Below are positions 58,787-64,000 of a stretch of 64,000 nucleotides of DNA, one piece after another. The stretch is taken from assembly GCA_963768055.1 (NCBI GenBank), contig CAVYGN010000002.1:1760001-1824000 (forward strand), written 5' to 3'. Every line of letters begins with the position of its first letter. Position 1 is the stretch's first letter. Made by a program: the position numbers and the translations under genes. This DNA comes from an uncultured Spirochaetota bacterium. Its GTDB lineage: Bacteria; Spirochaetota; Brevinematia; Brevinematales; JAOACQ01. The notes below the pieces were generated by a model. The model made no database searches, had not been told where the DNA came from, and saw only the letters and a list, made by a program, of their open reading frames with translations.

Positions 58787-60484
58787 TTATTTTTTTATTT
58801 TCTTATAAATTTTAGCATTTTTATCATAAACTGAAAAATATTCCGTTCCCTTATTAATTGTAATATCCTCTTTATCCCCTAAAACAAGAAAACCGCATAT
58901 ATCTAAAGATTCCTGAAAAAGATTCAATACCTTTTTCTGCAGCTCATTATCAAAATAAATCAAAACATTCCTGCAAATGATAAGCTGAAATTCATTAAGG
59001 ATCCCGCTATTGACTATACTGTGCTGGAAGAAAAGGATATTATGCTTGAGATAATCCTTGATTTTTAAATAACCGGTTTTAATCTCGAAGTATTTTTCAA
59101 ATTGATTAGACCCCCCGGATAAAATATAATTGCTTTTAAAAAGATCGAAATTTTGTTTTGAATAAAGGCCGTTTTTAGCCTCTTCGATCACATAAGGGTT
59201 CATATCGGTTGCATAAATTTGCGTTTTATCAAGGATCCCCGATTCGTCAAGAAGTATTGCAAGCGAATAGGCTTCCATTCCTGTCGAACACCCCGCGCTC
59301 CATATTTTAATACGGCTGTAGGAATTTAAATAAGGGAATACTTTATCTTTTAATATCCTGAAGACTTCAGGATTCCTGAAAAAATCGGTTACATTTACCG
59401 TTAAATCCAATAAAAAGTCTTCGAAATGATCAGCATCCGAAAGGACCTCATCCCTTAAACCGCCTAATGTTGAAAGATTTTCCTTGATCATAAAAAGCCG
59501 GATCCTTCGTTTAATACTATCGATGCTGTAATTTTGAAAATCATATCTGTAAATATTAAATATTGATGATAAGAGCTGCCTTACTTCATCGTCATTTAAG
59601 GAAAATTTCTCCAGGTTATCTGATAAGAAAGAAACAATTTGCGGCATCTTAAGCACATAATCAGGATTTTTTGTTTCAATGCAATTCAATGGCAGATCCT
59701 TTGCCACGCATTCCTCAGGATCCTCGACAATAATCGTACTTTCGTTCTCTTTTAAATATCCAAGGGCCTTACAGCCGTCGCTCCCGTAACCGCTTAGTAT
59801 AATTGCCAATAATCCCTCACGGTATTCCGCGGAAAGAGACCTGAACAAGACCTCGATCGAGGGCCTCGCGTAATTAACCGGAGGATCTTTTGAAAGGATT
59901 ATCTTTTTTTCGACGGCCTCCATCTGATATCCCGACGGGGCTATATAAATGGTCTTATTTTTAATCACAGCGCCTTTCCGCGGCGTTGAAACCGAATATT
60001 CAGTTCTTGACTTGATGAGTTTTTCAAGAAGATTGGGGCTGTCTTCCAATACATGCTGTATTATAAATATCGAAATATCGCAAACCGGAAGATTCTCTAC
60101 AATCGTAAAGATTTTTTCCATGCTTTCAGCCGAACCTCCGATTGCGATAGCCCTTATATCTATATTCCCGCTTTTTTTAAGAGATTTTCGCGGTATGCAG
60201 GTATTTGCGATCCCTAACCCGATTAAATATGAACAAAGATACCTGTGAAGGATGAATATTTTAAGCGTCATAGGCGGATTGATATCGCAAAATCCGGCTA
60301 ATATTTCAATTATCTCGGCCGGGAGCATTTTTGCATCGAAAAAAGTGATCTGGACGGAATCTAAGCCTTTCCCGGGATTGCACAGAAGTTTTAAAAGCTC
60401 GGCCCTTTCTTTGTCGCTATCAGTGAATCCTGTAACAGAGATATGAAGGATATTTTTAATAGTATCTTTTTGAACCGCCATCAC
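58787..60484 (-). CDS. CheB methylesterase-CheR methyltransferase fusion
   Basis: AIGGSA, QH, RPSIEVLF, SGYGSDG (CheB); VTDFFRNP, KIWSAGCSTGMEAYS, ICRNVLIYF (CheR). Confidence 0.9.
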   Translation of the reverse strand: MMAVQKDTIKNILHISVTGFTDSDKERAELLKLLCNPGKGLDSVQITFFDAKMLPAEIIEILAGFCDINPPMTLKIFILHRYLCSYLIGLGIANTCIPRKSLKKSGNIDIRAIAIGGSAESMEKIFTIVENLPVCDISIFIIQHVLEDSPNLLEKLIKSRTEYSVSTPRKGAVIKNKTIYIAPSGYQMEAVEKKIILSKDPPVNYARPSIEVLFRSLSAEYREGLLAIILSGYGSDGCKALGYLKENESTIIVEDPEECVAKDLPLNCIETKNPDYVLKMPQIVSFLSDNLEKFSLNDDEVRQLLSSIFNIYRYDFQNYSIDSIKRRIRLFMIKENLSTLGGLRDEVLSDADHFEDFLLDLTVNVTDFFRNPEVFRILKDKVFPYLNSYSRIKIWSAGCSTGMEAYSLAILLDESGILDKTQIYATDMNPYVIEEAKNGLYSKQNFDLFKSNYILSGGSNQFEKYFEIKTGYLKIKDYLKHNILFFQHSIVNSGILNEFQLIICRNVLIYFDNELQKKVLNLFQESLDICGFLVLGDKEDITINKGTEYFSVYDKNAKIYKKIKK

Positions 60485-63400
60485 TCAGCCTGTTTTTCCC
60501 GTTTTTTTTCTATCCATGCGCCTATTAGGTGGATCAGCCCGTCGTAATCGATAGGTTTTGTAATATAATCATCCGCTCCGGCTTCCAGGCATTTTTCCCG
60601 GTCACCCGCAAGGGCTTTCGCGGTCAATGCGATAATGGGTATTTCTTTCATACGGCTATTTTTACGAATTTCCCTCGTGGTTTGATAACCGTCCATTTCA
60701 GGCATCATAATGTCCATTAAAACCAGGTCTACCTTTTGAGTATTAAGGAGTTTCAGCGCCTCTTTCCCATTTTGCGCATCCAGAATTTTCGCATTAAAAT
60801 CTTCCAGAGCGCTTGTCAGTACAAATACATTCTTAATATCGTCATCCACAATCAATATAGTTTTTTCTCTCAAATCCAGCCGTTCGGCGCCGCTTCCGGT
60901 ATTTATCCTCCTGCTATTTTGCGTGTTGCTTTCTTTTGCCCTGTTCAGGAAATAATCGGCTTCTTCCATAAGCCTGATGTCCGAATGAACTGTTTTAATT
61001 ATAATGCTTTCAGAATATTTTTTCAGGGTCTTTTCCTGATCCGCGGTCAGGTTTTTCCCCGTATAAATAAGAACGGGTAAATTCAATTTTTTTTCTTTTA
61101 TGATTTTGCAGATTTCAAAGCCGTTTCCCTCTTTTAAACCCAGATCGATTATAGCCAGGTTGAATTCGCTTTCATTAATTTTTTCCAGCGCTTCCTCCCG
61201 GGAAACCGCTTCGGATATTTGAGTGTTTCCTTTTGACAGGAGCTGATGCAAAGCTTTTCTCAAGACTTCGTTATCCTCCACTAATAATATTTTATTGATT
61301 TTGCTTTTCGATCCCGGCTTAGAGAGCATATTGTTTAAGGATAATTCAAATTTTTCTAAATTAACCGGTTTTTCAATATAATCGAAGGCACCGCTCCGGC
61401 TGTAATTCTCATCCTTGTCTTTTCCTGAAATGATCATCACGGGAATTTTTTCAAGCTCCCTTGTGCTTTTCAGATCCCTGAGGATATTAAACCCGTCGGT
61501 GTCGGGTAAAATCAAATCAAGCAATATGCCTTGCGGCCGGTATCTCTTTATCATTTCCATCCCGTCTTTTCCATTTAAAGCGAAAAGGACTTTAAGGTTT
61601 TTTTTATGAAGAACTTCAAGTAAATTTAATACAAATGACCGGTCGTCGTCTATAATCATAATAACCGTATCAAGAGGAGCAATATTGTCCCTGTCGTCTA
61701 AAATTAAATCTCCTGCGGTTTGAACATCGGCAGCCGCCCTCTCCTGTACTGGTTTAGAATTCTCTCTGCCGGCGTCTAAAATCGGGAACAAAATAGAAAA
61801 AGTGCTTCCGGATCCTTTCTCGCTATCGATTGTGATTTTTCCCCTGATCAGGGCGGCGAGCTCTCTGGCTATGGATAATCCGAGGCCTGTACCGCCGTAT
61901 TGCCTGGAAATTGATCCGTCGACCTGCTGGAACGCTTCAAATATTATTTCCTGCTTGTTTTTGGGAATTCCCTCCCCCGAATCGGTGACCGATACGCTGA
62001 ATGGATATTCCGGGGTGTCCCTTTTATCCAATATTAATTTTACCCCCCCCTTTTTTGTGAATTTAAACGCATTTGATAAAAAATTACGTACTATCTGCGA
62101 CAATTTGTCTTTATCGGTGACTAGAGAGCCTTTGATATTATCTTTGACAGCAAAATCCAGCTCCTTTTCTATTGCCAGGGGAGAAAACATACTCTTAAAT
62201 TCTTTAACGAATCCCCGTGAGTCGAAAGAAGAAACCTGAAGGGATATTTTACCGGATTCAATTTTCGACAGGTCTAAAATATCATTTATAAGACGCAACA
62301 ATTCGTTTCCAGATTGATAAATAACTTTTAATCTTTCAATGTCGGGAACGGAAAAAGTATTTTTCTCATTCCTGGAAAGGATACTTGACAATAGAATAAT
62401 GGAGTTAAGAGGGGTTCTGAGTTCATGCGACATATTTGCCAGGAACTGGGATTTATACTTGTTTGCCCCTTCCAGTTCTATTTTCGACCGCGATAATATT
62501 TCATTATTTTCTTTAAGCTGTTCAGCCCTGGTCTCAAGCTGTTCCTGTTGCTCTTTAAGTAAATCATTGGATTGCTGGAGTTCTTCGCTTTGCTGCTGGA
62601 GCTGCTGCTGCTGTTCTTCAAGCAATGAATTTGTCTGCTGGAGTTCCTCGCTCTGCTGCTGGAGCTGCTGCTGCTGTTCTTCAAGGGTTGTATTGACCGC
62701 CTGGATTTCAGCCGATTTTCTCTGCGCCTCTCCGGTCGCCTCTTCCGATATTTTTAAAAGTTCTTTGATTTTATTATTCTGCAGGGAAGAATATAAATAA
62801 TTAGCAATAATGCTATTAGACGAGGTTAAAAAATCGATGACGGCGGGGCTCATCGATTCAAAGGAAGCTATCTCTATGATTCCAAGGAGTTCATCTTCAA
62901 AAACTATTGGAAGAGTATAAGTATTCAAAGGAGATCCCGCCGATGTCCCGGTCGGAATGATAATTTCATTCTGCCGGATATTTTTCAGGAAGATGGGTTT
63001 TTTTTCAAGGGCGGCCTGGCCGACCACCCCTTCCCCTAATTTGTAACGATCCGAGAGATTGGATTTTTCCGTATACGCGTAAGATCCCTCCAGCATCAAC
63101 AAACCCGGTTCGGCGTTGTAAATATAGAAAACGCACATTCCCGCATTTACATATCTGCCTATAAAGCTTGAGGAAATATTACATATTCTTTCAGGCGAAA
63201 GGTTGCCGTACAATTCATGGGCAAGTTTATTCAACCCGTCTTTAAGCCAGAATTGCTCGTCATTAATATGTTTATTATTTTTAAGGCTTTCGGTCATAAT
63301 TTTCATGGCTATGCTTAAAGTGTCCTTTTCACTGCGGGGGACAATCATAATGCTGTAATCCCCGTTTGCCACCGCATTTGCCTGGAGGACCATGGTTTTT

Positions 63401-64000
63401 AAATATTCCGACATTTTCGAAAAGGCATTTTCGAGCATTCCGATCTCGTCTCCTGAAGCCGAACCCTTCTTTTCAACGGTTTCTAAATCGCCGTCCGCGA
63501 TGCGGTCAGAAGCCCTGATCAGGCCGCCGATCGGGATCGTGACGCTGCGGATAAACAAATAAGCTATGAAAGCCCCGGCCGTTACGCTTAGAATAAATAA
63601 TAATCCGATAAAAAATATTGTGGAATTTCTTATTTTAACGGAACCGTCGACAAGGGTTTCTACAAGATTTTCTTCATAGGAGGTTAATTTATCCATTTTC
63701 TCATTTATCAATTGGACCTGGCTGTTCCCTTTTGTTTTTGTAATGACAGCAGCCTCGGCATATTTCTTCTCCTTAACGTTTTGAATGACTTCGGCCCTGA
63801 TGGGTCTCCAGTCCAGGATCGCCTGGTAAGCCGATTCGTATAAAACTTTGTCCCCTAAAAAACCGGTTTTGATTATTTCGAATTCTTCTATAATCATATC
63901 TTCATGGGTATTCACATCGGATATGGCCCGATCCAGTTCATCAGAAGACCTGGAAAGCACTATGTCTTTCATGGAACGGTGCATGGCGAAAATATTGGCC
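60481..64000 (-). CDS. Hybrid sensor histidine kinase (periplasmic 4-helix sensor, TM, HAMP, GAF, HisKA-HATPase, 3 receivers); 5' truncated
   Basis: Frame is open to the window end; DEIGML, GEGVVGQAA, FLANMSHELRTPL, GGTGLGL, three receiver domains. Confidence 0.93.
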   Translation of the reverse strand, partial: ANIFAMHRSMKDIVLSRSSDELDRAISDVNTHEDMIIEEFEIIKTGFLGDKVLYESAYQAILDWRPIRAEVIQNVKEKKYAEAAVITKTKGNSQVQLINEKMDKLTSYEENLVETLVDGSVKIRNSTIFFIGLLFILSVTAGAFIAYLFIRSVTIPIGGLIRASDRIADGDLETVEKKGSASGDEIGMLENAFSKMSEYLKTMVLQANAVANGDYSIMIVPRSEKDTLSIAMKIMTESLKNNKHINDEQFWLKDGLNKLAHELYGNLSPERICNISSSFIGRYVNAGMCVFYIYNAEPGLLMLEGSYAYTEKSNLSDRYKLGEGVVGQAALEKKPIFLKNIRQNEIIIPTGTSAGSPLNTYTLPIVFEDELLGIIEIASFESMSPAVIDFLTSSNSIIANYLYSSLQNNKIKELLKISEEATGEAQRKSAEIQAVNTTLEEQQQQLQQQSEELQQTNSLLEEQQQQLQQQSEELQQSNDLLKEQQEQLETRAEQLKENNEILSRSKIELEGANKYKSQFLANMSHELRTPLNSIILLSSILSRNEKNTFSVPDIERLKVIYQSGNELLRLINDILDLSKIESGKISLQVSSFDSRGFVKEFKSMFSPLAIEKELDFAVKDNIKGSLVTDKDKLSQIVRNFLSNAFKFTKKGGVKLILDKRDTPEYPFSVSVTDSGEGIPKNKQEIIFEAFQQVDGSISRQYGGTGLGLSIARELAALIRGKITIDSEKGSGSTFSILFPILDAGRENSKPVQERAAADVQTAGDLILDDRDNIAPLDTVIMIIDDDRSFVLNLLEVLHKKNLKVLFALNGKDGMEMIKRYRPQGILLDLILPDTDGFNILRDLKSTRELEKIPVMIISGKDKDENYSRSGAFDYIEKPVNLEKFELSLNNMLSKPGSKSKINKILLVEDNEVLRKALHQLLSKGNTQISEAVSREEALEKINESEFNLAIIDLGLKEGNGFEICKIIKEKKLNLPVLIYTGKNLTADQEKTLKKYSESIIIKTVHSDIRLMEEADYFLNRAKESNTQNSRRINTGSGAERLDLREKTILIVDDDIKNVFVLTSALEDFNAKILDAQNGKEALKLLNTQKVDLVLMDIMMPEMDGYQTTREIRKNSRMKEIPIIALTAKALAGDREKCLEAGADDYITKPIDYDGLIHLIGAWIEKKREKQAE
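62573..62685. repeat. 63-bp-period duplication encoding LEEQQQQLQQQSEELQQ twice
   Basis: Near-identical units at 62573-62622 and 62636-62685, rich in CTG triplets. Confidence 0.85.

Noticed and set aside
1..64000. Numerous 60-195 aa antisense or nested ORFs in the track; rRNA, tRNA, prophage
   Set aside because: The ORFs are shadows of well-supported genes; no structural RNA or phage hallmark was recognised by eye.

Overview
Bacterial chromosomal window of about 50 CDS. A spirochaete origin is inferred from the lipobox on the FecR protein, the multi-TM LuxR regulator and the LA_2272-like surface repeats. No rRNA, tRNA, CRISPR array or prophage was seen. From left to right the window holds: small housekeeping genes; a complete IS1380-family element (2640-4298, 18-bp imperfect IRs, TTTAA target duplication) that splits a secreted PEGA-type gene; a patatin + DUF697-type GTPase pair; recCBD; a Tol/Ton-like locus (divergent TolB-like propeller, membrane LuxR, secreted ankyrin protein, 987-aa SxxxH-anchored protein with a CBM9-like domain, ExbB/ExbD, ABC-2 exporter); a PadR-flavodoxin operon; an internally deleted metallo-beta-lactamase-fold pseudogene; a hydrogenase-4-like Ehr complex lacking NiFe ligands, with a frameshifted hyfB and an HTH-EIIA leader gene; aldo/keto reductases; a beta-glucuronidase / glucuronokinase-like / UDP-sugar pyrophosphorylase operon; a 173-bp MITE-like element; an ECF sigma / anti-sigma / outer-membrane caspase / caspase-less paralog locus with two matching ECF-type promoters; a GGDEF gene and methyltransferases; a DoxX-polyprenyl synthase-MenA-NDH-2 quinone module; and a hybrid kinase / CheB-CheR / REC-kinase cassette truncated by the window end. 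The best candidates for undescribed systems are the caspase-ECF trans-envelope circuit and the ankyrin/giant TonB-like/ExbBD/ABC locus. All family assignments come from motif recognition by eye; no database searches were run.
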